Positions 1 through 9,151 of a stretch of DNA of 45,251 nt are shown here, piece by piece. Position 1 is the stretch's first letter; every line of letters begins with the position of its first letter. Source of the DNA: Escherichia phage vB_EcoS-101114BS4. Both the position numbers and the translations under genes were made by a program. Below the pieces are notes generated by a model, which was not told the origin of the DNA, made no database searches, and worked only from the letters and a program-made list of their open reading frames with translations. The stretch lies in the sequence record NC_073061.1. One strand, written 5' to 3'.

Positions 1-127
1 GCCAGACGGCAGCATGTCCGCTATAGACCCGCGCTCGGTAATACTGAAATGAGCGCGACTATCCGTGATATGCTTATGCATAACCGCTTTGAGATAGGCG
101 GGCGAGTATTCTGCAATTACTTCGTGG
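1..127. repeat. Terminal direct repeat, identical to 45125..45251 (terminal redundancy or circular assembly overlap)
   Basis: Bases 1-127 (gccagacggcagcatgtccgctatag...ttcgtgg) recur exactly at the window end; the last CDS (44544..45176) runs into the repeat. Confidence 0.9.
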
Positions 128-173
128 CGCGTGCTTGGGCGCGCCATATCGGAAAACCAGTAGGGGCAATACG

Positions 174-461
174 ATGCTATACGATTTGATATTTTGGTTT
201 GGTTTGGGGTGTGCGTCACTCTTTGTTGTGGTGCTGGCGCTGTTGGTATGGCTATTCCTGGTATGGCCCGCGGTGGAAGCAGCCAGCATTACCCGCATGA
301 CGTTCAAGATATACAAGCGCCGAGGCATAACGGAACACCCGACCAGGTTGCGCATGTGGTGGCTATGGTATCGGGATATGATTGGCGGTCGAAGGTTTGA
401 GGCCATCCGGTCATCCGGGTGGGAATGGAAAGGCGTCGGCAAGTGGTCCATTTTCGATTAA
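174..461 (+). CDS. Small membrane protein, possibly lysis-associated
   Basis: ATG at 174 (MLYDLIFWFGLGCASLFVVVLALLVWLFLVW...); hydrophobic N-terminal helices; directly upstream of holin and endolysin. The overlapping minus ORF 74..451 is rejected. Confidence 0.5.
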   Translation: MLYDLIFWFGLGCASLFVVVLALLVWLFLVWPAVEAASITRMTFKIYKRRGITEHPTRLRMWWLWYRDMIGGRRFEAIRSSGWEWKGVGKWSIFD

Positions 462-478
462 ATATGCAAGCGTGATAT

Positions 479-513
479 AGTCCCAGTGAGCTAAAACTTA
501 CTGGGACTTTTTT
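479..513 (+). terminator. Intrinsic terminator-like hairpin abutting the holin start codon
   Basis: agtcccagt / actgggact 9-bp stem followed by tttttt, with ATG of the next gene at 514. Confidence 0.55.
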
Positions 514-804
514 ATGGATAAGCTAAACGAGTGGTTATTCGCCCTCGCGTGTCTTGCAGGTGGCTTCGTTGGCGCTCGCATTCACGGTGAGGCAACGAAA
601 GGGCCGCTAAATTTTGTGTTGTTTATCGTGGTCGGCTTCTTGTGCGCCGTGTTTGGGGCACCAGCTATTGCCGAGTGGTTTAATCTAACCGGACCGAGAA
701 CTGTCGCCGGTCTTGGCTTCGTAACGGCAATCTTCTGGATGCCGGTCGCCGCCAGAATCCGTGAAGCAATTTCCTCGTTCCGTCTGCCGGGGAATGCAAA
801 ATGA
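514..804 (+). CDS. Putative holin
   Basis: 95-aa protein with predicted transmembrane helices (LFALACLAGGFVG..., FVLFIVVGFLCAVFGAPAI...), charged C-terminus, just upstream of the endolysin. Confidence 0.55.
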   Translation: MDKLNEWLFALACLAGGFVGARIHGEATKGPLNFVLFIVVGFLCAVFGAPAIAEWFNLTGPRTVAGLGFVTAIFWMPVAARIREAISSFRLPGNAK

Positions 805-1040
805 TTATCGCCATCCTGTTATTAGTGATCGGGGCTTCGTCGCTGTATAACGTATACGCGCCATCCGTCCAGGATGGCATTTGCGGACGGGTGCTCTACC
901 TGCTTACAGCAATGACCTGTATTATTGGCCTGATGCAAACGGGGGACGTATCGAATACAGTCTGGTCCGTGCTAATCTGGCTATTCGCATTACGCACACT
1001 GCGTAATGCTGTTTTAAATGGGGTAAAACATGCGATTTAG
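801..1040 (+). CDS. Small membrane protein (second holin or antiholin candidate)
   Basis: ATGA overlap with the upstream stop; 79 aa with two hydrophobic helices; overlaps the endolysin start. Confidence 0.5.
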   Translation: MIIAILLLVIGASSLYNVYAPSVQDGICGRVLYLLTAMTCIIGLMQTGDVSNTVWSVLIWLFALRTLRNAVLNGVKHAI

Positions 1041-1521
1041 TGACAACGGTCTAAGATTTACGGCAGCGTGGGAGTCGTTCAGCCCAGTGCCGTATTTCGC
1101 GACTAAGAAGGAGCAGGCCCGCGGCTTGTACACCTGGGGCTACGGTCATACTGGCACTAATCCGCCACAGAGCATTACCCGCGCGGAAGCGCTGGAGCTA
1201 CTCAAGCGTGATGTGGCGTATGCCGAGAACTGGGTGAACAAGTACGCACACCCGAGCATCAATCAGGCGCAATTCGACGCGCTGGTGGATCTGGTAATCA
1301 ATGCCGGTCAAGGTCCGATCGTACCGGATAACATTGCCAATGACTTCGATGACGCGGTGCGCCTGGGTGATTGGGCCAAAGTCCGTGCTACGCTGCCGCA
1401 GTTCCGCAAGCAAGGCGGTGAAGTGCTCAAGGGCCTGGTACGTCGTGCAATCGGCAGACAGGCGCTATTCGATGGTAAGCAGTGGGACGTTGCCGAGAAA
1501 ATCGGTCGTAACGCGGCATAA
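1030..1521 (+). CDS. Endolysin, lysozyme-like (GH24-type)
   Basis: PVPYFATKKEQARGLYTWGYGHTG resembles the catalytic region of phage lambda/P21-type lysozymes as I recall them; 163 aa; sits in the lysis cluster. Confidence 0.75.
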   Translation: MRFSDNGLRFTAAWESFSPVPYFATKKEQARGLYTWGYGHTGTNPPQSITRAEALELLKRDVAYAENWVNKYAHPSINQAQFDALVDLVINAGQGPIVPDNIANDFDDAVRLGDWAKVRATLPQFRKQGGEVLKGLVRRAIGRQALFDGKQWDVAEKIGRNAA

Positions 1522-1537
1522 TAAGAGGAAACACAGT

Positions 1538-1705
1538 ATGTTAAAAAGTATTCTTGATCATAACGCGGACGCGCTTGCCGCACTGGCTAAAACGGAAGAC
1601 CCAGGCGCGCGCGCCATTATCGCGGACACTATCAGTCATGCGGGTGTCTTTGACGTGAAGCTGCCAAGCCCGCCACCGCCGGAAGAACCAGGCCCAGCGG
1701 CATAA
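1538..1705 (+). CDS. Small hypothetical protein with a proline-rich C-terminus
   Basis: ATG 1538, 55 aa (MLKSILDHNADALAALAKTEDPG...LPSPPPPEEPGPAA); no signal peptide or lipobox, so not called a spanin. Confidence 0.3.
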   Translation: MLKSILDHNADALAALAKTEDPGARAIIADTISHAGVFDVKLPSPPPPEEPGPAA

Positions 1706-1711
1706 ACACGA

Positions 1712-1736
1712 AGCCCGGTTAATTCCGGGCTTTTTA
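1712..1736 (+). terminator. Rho-independent terminator
   Basis: agcccgg-ttaatt-ccgggct hairpin followed by ttttt. Confidence 0.7.
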
Positions 1737-1740
1737 TTGC

Positions 1741-1780
1741 TTGACTTGCAACCAACATAGGGTCCATACTGCAACCAATC
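1741..1780 (+). promoter_or_regulatory. Sigma70-like promoter carrying two direct GCAACCAA motifs
   Basis: TTGACT (1741-1746), 17-18 bp spacer, CATACT; GCAACCAA at 1748 and 1771; 20 bp upstream of the ATG at 1799. Confidence 0.45.
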
Positions 1781-1798
1781 AACGAGAGGAGTAATACT

Positions 1799-2011
1799 AT
1801 GGAACCTGAATTTTTCTGCGCGATTATGTGCCGCACGTCTGCCACGCATTTGATTAACCCGGACTGGCGCTACGATGTTTTCCTGATTGATGGTCGATAT
1901 TACATCATGGACGAGTACGGGAACTGGGCTGAAGTGTACCGCTTCAGCGATACTATGCGTGTTTGGATGACAATTGACGGATTTAGCGCCGCGTTCACTG
2001 ATTCGGAGTAA
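1799..2011 (+). CDS. Hypothetical protein
   Basis: 70-aa ORF with GAGG RBS upstream. Confidence 0.5.
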   Translation: MEPEFFCAIMCRTSATHLINPDWRYDVFLIDGRYYIMDEYGNWAEVYRFSDTMRVWMTIDGFSAAFTDSE

Positions 2012-2159
2012 CACACTATGACACGTAATGATATTTGGGTACTGGCTATCTGGTCCACCGCAGCATTCATCGGTATGGCTATTTGCGAATTGTTATAGCC
2101 CGCCGCCATAGGGACCGTGGTATATTGTCTTCGGTCCCATAATCAGGAAGTAAATTAAT

Positions 2160-3302
2160 ATGCACCCGCAAACTAAAATTACCGACGAGCAATTGATCGC
2201 TGAATTGCAATCTGGCACTACCTCGAAAGATATTGCGAAGAAATACGGCCTTTCCCTTCGTAATGTCTATATGCGCAAAGCCCGCCTGTCGAAGAAAGGT
2301 ATTGGACACGGCAACGATGCTGTAATCCGTAAGCGCGTTGCCGATGGCTTCGGCGTTAAGCGTGTATCCGCCCTGGTGCGTGGCAATGGCGAAGAGGTCA
2401 TGTCCTGGGTCATCACCGAGCAGGACAAGGAGCGCCAACTTGAAGCAATGCGCGCCGTTGTCGAGGGTATGAACAGCGAAATCACACCGGCAGCACCAGT
2501 GAGCGCTCCGCCAGTCCCGATCCAGGCGCTTGACCTGCTTAACCTGTATACCGTGTCGGACTTCCACCTGGGAATGTTGGCATGGGGCGAGGAGACTGGC
2601 GAAGACTGGGATATGGCAATCGCCGAAGACCTTTTCTACCGCTGGTTTGTCGAAGCCTTCGCCCGCGCGCCGGACGCTGGCACTGCCGTAATCAATATCC
2701 TCGGTGATATGGCCCACTTTGACAGCCTCGACGCCGTTACGCCAGCCAGTGGTCACGTACTGGATGCCGATACCCGCTACCAGAAGTTGGTCCGCTACAT
2801 GATTCGCATGGTGCGCAACGTGGTTGAACTGGCGCTGCAAAAACACCATAAGGTCAAACTGCTAATCGTCCAGGGTAATCATGATGAGTCCGGTATGATT
2901 TGGCTGGCTGAAATGTTCAATACCCTGTACGAGAACGAGCCGCGCGTTGATGTGGACACGTCACCGGACGTATACAAAATGGTGCAGCACGGCAAGACAA
3001 CGCTGTTCTTCCACCACGGGCACAAAGCACGCTTTGACGCTATTGAGCCGGTCATGATTTCTAAATTCAGACAGGCTTTCGGGTCCAGTGAGTACAGCTA
3101 CGCGCACGTGGGCCACTTGCACCACCAGAAGATTGTCGAATCCCGTAACATGATTGTTGAACAGCACCGGACCCTTGCCGCGAAAGACGCATATGCAAGC
3201 CGTGGCGGTTGGATGTCCGGTCGCAGTGCAAACGTCATCACCTATAGCGCCAACTACGGCGAAGTAGCGCGCTTAACCATTAGCCCGGAAATGTTGAAAT
3301 GA
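2160..3302 (+). CDS. HTH domain fused to a calcineurin-like metallophosphoesterase
   Basis: N-terminal helix-turn-helix-like segment (TSKDIAKKYGLSLRNVYMRKARL); metallophosphoesterase motifs SDFH (DxH), GDMAH (GDxxH), GNHDE (GNHD), HHGH. Confidence 0.6.
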   Translation: MHPQTKITDEQLIAELQSGTTSKDIAKKYGLSLRNVYMRKARLSKKGIGHGNDAVIRKRVADGFGVKRVSALVRGNGEEVMSWVITEQDKERQLEAMRAVVEGMNSEITPAAPVSAPPVPIQALDLLNLYTVSDFHLGMLAWGEETGEDWDMAIAEDLFYRWFVEAFARAPDAGTAVINILGDMAHFDSLDAVTPASGHVLDADTRYQKLVRYMIRMVRNVVELALQKHHKVKLLIVQGNHDESGMIWLAEMFNTLYENEPRVDVDTSPDVYKMVQHGKTTLFFHHGHKARFDAIEPVMISKFRQAFGSSEYSYAHVGHLHHQKIVESRNMIVEQHRTLAAKDAYASRGGWMSGRSANVITYSANYGEVARLTISPEMLK

Positions 3303-3511
3303 TTAGACAAGTATTCATGAGCACGCAGGCCACCCGCCTGAAAGAGCTACGCAAACAGCTTGAAGGCTTGCGCCGATTCGAACGAACGGCAGCGGCAATA
3401 GGCATGACTATCAGTGAGCGGATCGAGATACTATCGCAAATACGCTACACAGAAGGCGCTATAAGCGAAGTAGAAAGCATGTTGACCAGATACTACGGTC
3501 GCGCCGTTTAA
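3299..3511 (+). CDS. Hypothetical protein
   Basis: 70-aa ORF overlapping the upstream stop (ATGA); start uncertain. Confidence 0.4.
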   Translation: MIRQVFMSTQATRLKELRKQLEGLRRFERTAAAIGMTISERIEILSQIRYTEGAISEVESMLTRYYGRAV

Positions 3512-3518
3512 TCCTCCC

Positions 3519-3544
3519 AGCCCGCCGATTTGGTGGGCTTTTTT
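3519..3544 (+). terminator. Rho-independent terminator
   Basis: agcccgcc-gattt-ggtgggct hairpin (one G-U pair) followed by tttttt. Confidence 0.65.
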
Positions 3545-3628
3545 GTGCCTGTTATAATCCCCCTTAGATGGCTGGGCCGTCTCCTATGTTGCCGATGGTC
3601 GGCGCATATGCATAAAAGGGCTTATATC

Positions 3629-4180
3629 ATGGCAGAAATCAAAGTTAAAGGCCGTCGTGCCAAACTGGACGGACGAGTAGCAGTTACCCCGCGCCGTAAA
3701 CCAGGCGAGCAAACAGAACACACCAATCTTGGACCCGAGATCGAATACGGCAAACGTCGTAAAGGCGGCAAATGTGGACGCCCGACCGACTACCGCACCG
3801 TGTATTGTGACCAGCTTCGTCGCTATTTTGCTGATGCCGTAGCCTGGCAGATCAACTACTCCGACAAGGGCGCTGCGCAAGTAATCCCTCACAACAAGAT
3901 GCCGACTCTCGGTCGCTTTGCCGCGGATATTGGCGTTGGCATCGCTTGCCTGTATCGCTGGGCGCGTGCACATGAGGAGTTTGCCGAAGCGATGGCGGAC
4001 GCTATGGAGTTGCAGAAAACTTTCCTGATGGAAGCTGGCGGCGTGACCATCGCGGCGGGCTTCGCAACGTTCCTGCTTAAAGCCAACCACGGCATTCGTG
4101 ACGATGCTCCGCTGGATGACGACGAAGATGATAACGGCGACGTCGTTGTCGAACCTACCGGCAAAGGCCAGGGTGAGTAA
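3629..4180 (+). CDS. Terminase small subunit
   Basis: 183-aa protein with acidic C-terminus (DDDEDDNGD) immediately upstream of and overlapping the large terminase; central HTH-like segment. Confidence 0.6.
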   Translation: MAEIKVKGRRAKLDGRVAVTPRRKPGEQTEHTNLGPEIEYGKRRKGGKCGRPTDYRTVYCDQLRRYFADAVAWQINYSDKGAAQVIPHNKMPTLGRFAADIGVGIACLYRWARAHEEFAEAMADAMELQKTFLMEAGGVTIAAGFATFLLKANHGIRDDAPLDDDEDDNGDVVVEPTGKGQGE

Positions 4181-5565
4181 TGCGTAACTATGCGGCAGAA
4201 CACCGCGCACTCGAACGCGCGATCGCAAAGCGCAACCGACCGCCACGCCCTACGCGCGTTGCGCAGGCCGTCCGCCTGTATCAGCCTGATTGCCTACCGC
4301 ACCAGGTGGAATTACTGCGCGACACTAAGACTAAAATCCTCGGCCTTTGCTCCGGCTTCGGTGGCGGAAAGTCATGGGTCGCGGCGCGTAAGGTCATCCA
4401 GCTTCTCACACTTAACCCCGGTCATGATGGCATCGTTACAGAACCGACTATTCCACTCCTGGTTAAAATCATGTACCCGGAGCTTGAGAAGGCATTCGAC
4501 GAGGCTGGATTCCGGTGGAAGTTCAACAAGCAAGACAAGATTTATAGCGTGCTGGTGAAAGGCAAATGGACCCGCGTTATTTGTGAGTCAATGGAGAACT
4601 ACACCCGCCTGATCGGGGTTAACGCCGCGTGGATTGTTGCCGATGAGTTCGACACCACTAAGCAAGACGTCGCTATGGCGGCATATCACAAATTGCTTGG
4701 TCGTCTGCGTGCGGGCCTGGTGCGCCAGTTCGTCATCGTATCCACGCCTGAAGGCTTCCGGGCGATGTACCAGATTTTCGAAGTGGAGAAGGATAGCCAG
4801 AAACGTTTGATCAGGGCGAAGACTACCGATAATCACCACTTACCGGCAGACTTTATCGACACGCTGCGGAGCCAGTACCCGGCAAACCTGATTGATGCAT
4901 ACCTGAACGGCCTGTTTGTCAACCTTACGTCTGGCGCGGTCTACAAGATGTTTAACCGCGAAGAGAACGCCAGCACCGAGGAAGTGCAACCGGATGATAC
5001 GCTGATTATCGGTATGGACTTTAACGTAACGAAAATGGCGGCGGTTGTGTACGTCAGACGGCAGCACACTACCGAGAACAAGGAGTTCCGCGACGAGATT
5101 CACGCAGTGGATGAATTCGTGGACCTGTTTGATACCCCGGCTATGATTGAGGCGATCGAGGAGCGCTACCCCGATCATTGTGCTGCCGGTCGGGTCGTCG
5201 TTTACCCGGATAGCAGTGGCAAGTCTCGTAAGACTGTTAACGCATCGTCGTCCGATATCGCGCAACTGGAAGACGCTGGCTTCGAGGTGGAGTATGACAG
5301 CGTCAACCCGCCTGTAAAAGACAGATTGATCGCGATGAATACGATGATGTGCAACTCGAAGGGCGTGCGCCAGTATTTTGTCAACCTGGATAAATGCCCT
5401 ACACTAGCGAAATGTCTGGAACAGCAGGTTTATGACCTGAAGAAAGGCGAGCCGGATAAAACCGCCGGTGTGGACCACATGAACGATGCCGCGGGCTACC
5501 CTGTTGCGCACCTGTTCCCAGTGATTCGACCTATCGCCGTTGTTCCAACTGTAGACTTCTACTAA
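4180..5565 (+). CDS. Terminase large subunit
   Basis: 461 aa; Walker A-like LGLCSGFGGGKSW near the N-terminus, acidic nuclease-type C-terminal half; canonical position before the portal. Confidence 0.85.
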   Translation: MRNYAAEHRALERAIAKRNRPPRPTRVAQAVRLYQPDCLPHQVELLRDTKTKILGLCSGFGGGKSWVAARKVIQLLTLNPGHDGIVTEPTIPLLVKIMYPELEKAFDEAGFRWKFNKQDKIYSVLVKGKWTRVICESMENYTRLIGVNAAWIVADEFDTTKQDVAMAAYHKLLGRLRAGLVRQFVIVSTPEGFRAMYQIFEVEKDSQKRLIRAKTTDNHHLPADFIDTLRSQYPANLIDAYLNGLFVNLTSGAVYKMFNREENASTEEVQPDDTLIIGMDFNVTKMAAVVYVRRQHTTENKEFRDEIHAVDEFVDLFDTPAMIEAIEERYPDHCAAGRVVVYPDSSGKSRKTVNASSSDIAQLEDAGFEVEYDSVNPPVKDRLIAMNTMMCNSKGVRQYFVNLDKCPTLAKCLEQQVYDLKKGEPDKTAGVDHMNDAAGYPVAHLFPVIRPIAVVPTVDFY

Positions 5566-5575
5566 GGAAACGACC

Positions 5576-7096
5576 ATGACCGTTAACGTTGACAACCAGC
5601 ACCCACTCTATGCGCGCATCGCGCAGGAGTGGAAAATGATCCGGGATTGCGTAGCGGGGGAGCGCGCCGTGAAGGCGTGCGGCCCCTTGTACCTGCCACA
5701 TCCCGCCAGTGGCGATAATACCGACCCGAAAGCACGGGCGCGATATAAGGCATATAAGCAACGCGCTGTATTCCTGAACGCCACCGCACGCACGCTTAAT
5801 GCGCTGTTAGGCGTCGCCTTCGCTAAGCCGGTAAGTCTGGACCTTTCCGGGGCGATGGCTGACCTGATTGATGACGTAGACGGCAGCGGAATGCCACTGC
5901 CGCAACTCCTGCGCGGTGCTATGTCGGAAGTGCTGCAATCGGGCCGCGCGGGCTTTATGGTGGACTACGACCGCCAGGCTAACTTTGATGAACTGGGTAA
6001 CGTAGTGCCGCAGACCGCCGCCGAGATGGCGACGCACCGCCCGCTTATCCGCCTGTATACGGCAGAACAGATCATCAACTGGCGGCAGACCCACGGGATT
6101 GACACGCTAATCGTGCTGAAGGAAACGGACGAAATCAGCACCGAAGACCCGGACGACTTTGCAAACCACGAAGTAACGATCTGGACTGAATTGCGCATGA
6201 TTAACGGCGCGGCACACGCCCGCCGCTGGTTTTACAACGCAGACACGTCCGAGGTGCAGATGGACTTGCCGCGTGGCTTCACCCGCACCGAGCTTGTGCC
6301 GCTGGTGGATGCTGCCGGTCGAGCGCTTACTCAACTGCCATTTTGCTGGTGCGGTGCGGTGGACAACAACGCAACGCCTGACGCCGCGCCGCTGGCGGAT
6401 ATTGCATCCATCAACATTAAGCACTACAACGCTGAGGCGGACGTTGCCGAGATCGCGCACATCGTGGGCCAGCCTACCCTTGTCGCCACGGGCTTGACTC
6501 AATCATGGGCCGACAAAAACCTGAAGGGTGGGATTGCTCTCGGCGCGACTAAGGGCGTTATCCTGGGCCAGAACATGGACGCTAAACTGATTCAGGCCGA
6601 GGAGCGCAACTTGTCTGTTGCACTTTGTGAGCGCCGCGAATTGCAGATGGCTAAACTGGGCGCGGCCCTGGTTGAGAAGGGGACTGCACCAAAGACGGCA
6701 ACGGAAGCGGCATACGATGCGCAGACTGACAATAGTATCCTGTCGCTCATTGCCGGTAACGTTGAGAAGGCTTTCAACCGTGCGCTGCAAATCGTCCAGC
6801 TATTCACGGGTGATACCGCGGACCAGCGCGTGACGCTGAACAAGTTCTACACCGAAATCACGGTTGACGCGCAGCTTATGACCGCAATGATGGCTGGTGT
6901 TCAGACCGGTACGGTCCGACTGGCTGACTTCATCAAGTGGATGATGGCGCAGGGCGTTATCGATGACTCGCAAACCGTAGAGCAGGTGGAAGACGAATTG
7001 CGAAATCAGAATCCATTGCCTCAAATGTCCCCTGATGCGGTAGAATCTACCGAAGAAGACCCGGACAAGGTAGCGGACAATGGCGAGAACAATTAA
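5576..7096 (+). CDS. Portal protein
   Basis: 506-aa ORF directly after the large terminase, acidic C-terminal tail; assigned by size and synteny. Confidence 0.7.
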   Translation: MTVNVDNQHPLYARIAQEWKMIRDCVAGERAVKACGPLYLPHPASGDNTDPKARARYKAYKQRAVFLNATARTLNALLGVAFAKPVSLDLSGAMADLIDDVDGSGMPLPQLLRGAMSEVLQSGRAGFMVDYDRQANFDELGNVVPQTAAEMATHRPLIRLYTAEQIINWRQTHGIDTLIVLKETDEISTEDPDDFANHEVTIWTELRMINGAAHARRWFYNADTSEVQMDLPRGFTRTELVPLVDAAGRALTQLPFCWCGAVDNNATPDAAPLADIASINIKHYNAEADVAEIAHIVGQPTLVATGLTQSWADKNLKGGIALGATKGVILGQNMDAKLIQAEERNLSVALCERRELQMAKLGAALVEKGTAPKTATEAAYDAQTDNSILSLIAGNVEKAFNRALQIVQLFTGDTADQRVTLNKFYTEITVDAQLMTAMMAGVQTGTVRLADFIKWMMAQGVIDDSQTVEQVEDELRNQNPLPQMSPDAVESTEEDPDKVADNGENN

Positions 7097-8183
7097 TCAA
7101 CATATGGCGGATCGCATGATTCGCCGTCACATCTTCACCCAGCGCCTGAGCAATGACCAGGCGCGGCGGGTGTTGGCTATGTGGGAGAAGTTCCGGCCCA
7201 CGTTACTTGGCAAGCTGACCGAGTTACTTGATGGCAAAAAGTCCATGAATAACAAGGCACTGACCACACTGTTAACGCAAATCGACAAGACCGTCAAAAC
7301 GGAACTGCGCACCGAGTTTAAGGCGCTGGCTGAAAGCCTTCAGGAGTTTGCCGACACCGAGGCTGATTATCTTGCCGATACATTAACGGCAGCGATCCAG
7401 CCTGCGGTAGCCGTACCGGCTGTTGAGGTTGTTGGCGTAGTGACTGGCGCGCAGATTGCAGCCACGGCTATGAAAAACCCGTTCCAGGGAAACACCATGA
7501 TGCAATGGCCTGATTCACTTTCTGAGTGGACCAGGACGCAGATCGGGAATCAGGTGCGCGCTGGATTCATCCAGGGCAAGCCGACTATGGAAATTATCGC
7601 GGACGTAAAGCGCGCTCTCGGCGGTCGTAGCGCGCAAGCTATCTCAAGTGTTGTTAAGTCCGCAGTAAACCACTATGCGGCGACCGCCCGCGAGTTAATG
7701 GTGAAAGCTAATGACGATATTCTCGAAGGTCGCCAATGGTTGGCTACATTGGATACGCACACATCACCAATGTGCCAGCTACGCGATCGCCTGTTTTATC
7801 CTGTTGACGTCACTCCCGACACCAAAGGAAAGCGCGGCGGGAAAGTGGTGGCTGGATCACAATATGGCGCTGGTCCGGGCAAGCTACATTATTGCTGCCG
7901 TTCGACGGAGACGTGGAAAGTTAAAGGCATGGAAGATTGGCCCAGTGGTAAGCGTCCGGCACTGAAGGCTGACGCGGGTCGATTGCTGAGTGAGCAGGTC
8001 GACGCGCAGACTGATTTCTTCTCATGGGTGCAGCGCCAGCCGCGCCATATTCTGGAGGAATTATATGGGGTGCAGCGCGCAGACCAGATTATGCGCGGCG
8101 TGAAAGTGCCGAAGATGTTCACCGATACCGGCGAACTAATGACTATCGCACAGCTTAAAAACCGGGGGTTATGGCGTGATTAA
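7080..8183 (+). CDS. Head morphogenesis (minor head) protein
   Basis: 367-aa ORF overlapping the portal 3' end; position typical of F/gp7-like head morphogenesis proteins. Confidence 0.55.
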   Translation: MARTINQHMADRMIRRHIFTQRLSNDQARRVLAMWEKFRPTLLGKLTELLDGKKSMNNKALTTLLTQIDKTVKTELRTEFKALAESLQEFADTEADYLADTLTAAIQPAVAVPAVEVVGVVTGAQIAATAMKNPFQGNTMMQWPDSLSEWTRTQIGNQVRAGFIQGKPTMEIIADVKRALGGRSAQAISSVVKSAVNHYAATARELMVKANDDILEGRQWLATLDTHTSPMCQLRDRLFYPVDVTPDTKGKRGGKVVAGSQYGAGPGKLHYCCRSTETWKVKGMEDWPSGKRPALKADAGRLLSEQVDAQTDFFSWVQRQPRHILEELYGVQRADQIMRGVKVPKMFTDTGELMTIAQLKNRGLWRD

Positions 8184-8484
8184 ATATGCAGCGATTGGAC
8201 TGGTTATCGGTCTGGCGGTTGGATTCTGGCAGGGTGATTCCTACCGCACTGGCGTTGTGGCGCAAGAAGCGCAAGAAGCGCAAGCGAAAGCCCAACGGCA
8301 GCAAACTAAGGTTGTTGAGGGGTCGGTGAAGGCTGAGCAGGCCCGCGACGTGGAATACCGGACTATCACGAAAGAGGTTGTAAAATATGTTACGCGTCCT
8401 AACCGTCCTGATTGTAGTTTTGATGCTGAGCGCGTGCGGATCAAGCAAAGCGCCATCGACGCCGCTAACCGAGTCGGTCTATAG
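8176..8484 (+). CDS. i-spanin (Rz-like)
   Basis: GTG start; N-terminal transmembrane anchor IKYAAIGLVIGLAVGFW then charged, coiled-coil-like periplasmic region; the lipoprotein gene is embedded out of frame in its 3' end. Confidence 0.6.
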   Translation: MIKYAAIGLVIGLAVGFWQGDSYRTGVVAQEAQEAQAKAQRQQTKVVEGSVKAEQARDVEYRTITKEVVKYVTRPNRPDCSFDAERVRIKQSAIDAANRVGL

Positions 8485-8617
8485 ACCGCCTTGCACCTTT
8501 GAGAATGCATCGGCAGATCCAGACGAAGACTTGCTGGTTGATGTTAAAAATATGGAATGCGGGGCTAAGCTAAGGGCGCAAGTGCTGGAGTTGCAGAAAA
8601 TAATTCGGGGGCCGTGA
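8387..8617 (+). CDS. o-spanin (Rz1-like outer membrane lipoprotein)
   Basis: MLRVLTVLIVVLMLSACGSS signal peptide with lipobox LSAC; starts inside the i-spanin gene in another frame. Confidence 0.65.
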   Translation: MLRVLTVLIVVLMLSACGSSKAPSTPLTESVYRPPCTFENASADPDEDLLVDVKNMECGAKLRAQVLELQKIIRGP

Positions 8618-8630
8618 TGGCCCCTTTTTT
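8607..8630. terminator. Terminator, possibly bidirectional, between convergent genes
   Basis: gggggcc-gtgat-ggcccc hairpin followed by tttttt on + and by a T-rich tract on -. Confidence 0.7.
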
Positions 8631-8635
8631 GTTAA

Positions 8636-9151
8636 TTACAAACGCATCGGCATGATAACTAAAAAGGCACCTCCTTTGAACAGCACGCGTGTTGCCTTGT
8701 CTACTCCCTGAAATTCCAGTTTTAAGCCCTCAAACTTATGGTCGAACAATTTAGCAATTTTGCAGGCGTCGGACAGGTATGCCCCTTTAAACCCGATAGC
8801 CTCCACTTTATTGCTGACGAAAGACGTAACTCTTCTCCAGTCTGGAAATCGTCCGTCTACAATCTCGATGGGTATGGTAGCTATTAATACGTCTTTACTA
8901 TCGAAGAACGCGGCGGAGGTGCCGTCTATGTTGCAGTATTCGAATTTAGTAGGTAAGCGGCCTTTAATTGATACTATTTTACTTTCACCTTCTGGTACAA
9001 CCGCAGACCCGCAGAACAAACGGTGACCGTCTGTAGCCACGATGTATCCTTTCTCGTCGAAAAATACACCATTTAGGAAGTATCGGACGTCATTAGTTGC
9101 GGCGCATATCGTAGCGGCTTTAAGATCGGCGTAGTTAACTTTAATCATTTT
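8636..9151 (-). CDS. Truncated DnaN (beta sliding clamp)-like protein
   Basis: Motifs DVRYFLNG, VATDGHRL, VDGRFPDWRRV and C-terminal VIMPMRL match what I recall of E. coli DnaN domain II and its C-terminus; start taken at MIKVNY (GAGG RBS), alternative start at 9190. Confidence 0.6.
   Translation of the reverse strand, partial: KMIKVNYADLKAATICAATNDVRYFLNGVFFDEKGYIVATDGHRLFCGSAVVPEGESKIVSIKGRLPTKFEYCNIDGTSAAFFDSKDVLIATIPIEIVDGRFPDWRRVTSFVSNKVEAIGFKGAYLSDACKIAKLFDHKFEGLKLEFQGVDKATRVLFKGGAFLVIMPMRL

Noticed and set aside
74-451. 125-aa minus-strand ORF at the left end
   Set aside because: Overlaps the plus-strand membrane-protein ORF that is co-directional with the lysis genes; no RBS; the plus-strand gene is preferred
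2079-2849. 256-aa minus-strand ORF antisense to the HTH-phosphoesterase gene
   Set aside because: Lies entirely within a well-supported plus-strand gene with clear enzyme motifs; no RBS; typical shadow ORF in GC-rich DNA
3584-4246. 220-aa minus-strand ORF antisense to the terminase small subunit
   Set aside because: Overlaps the terminase genes on the opposite strand; no RBS or motif; shadow ORF
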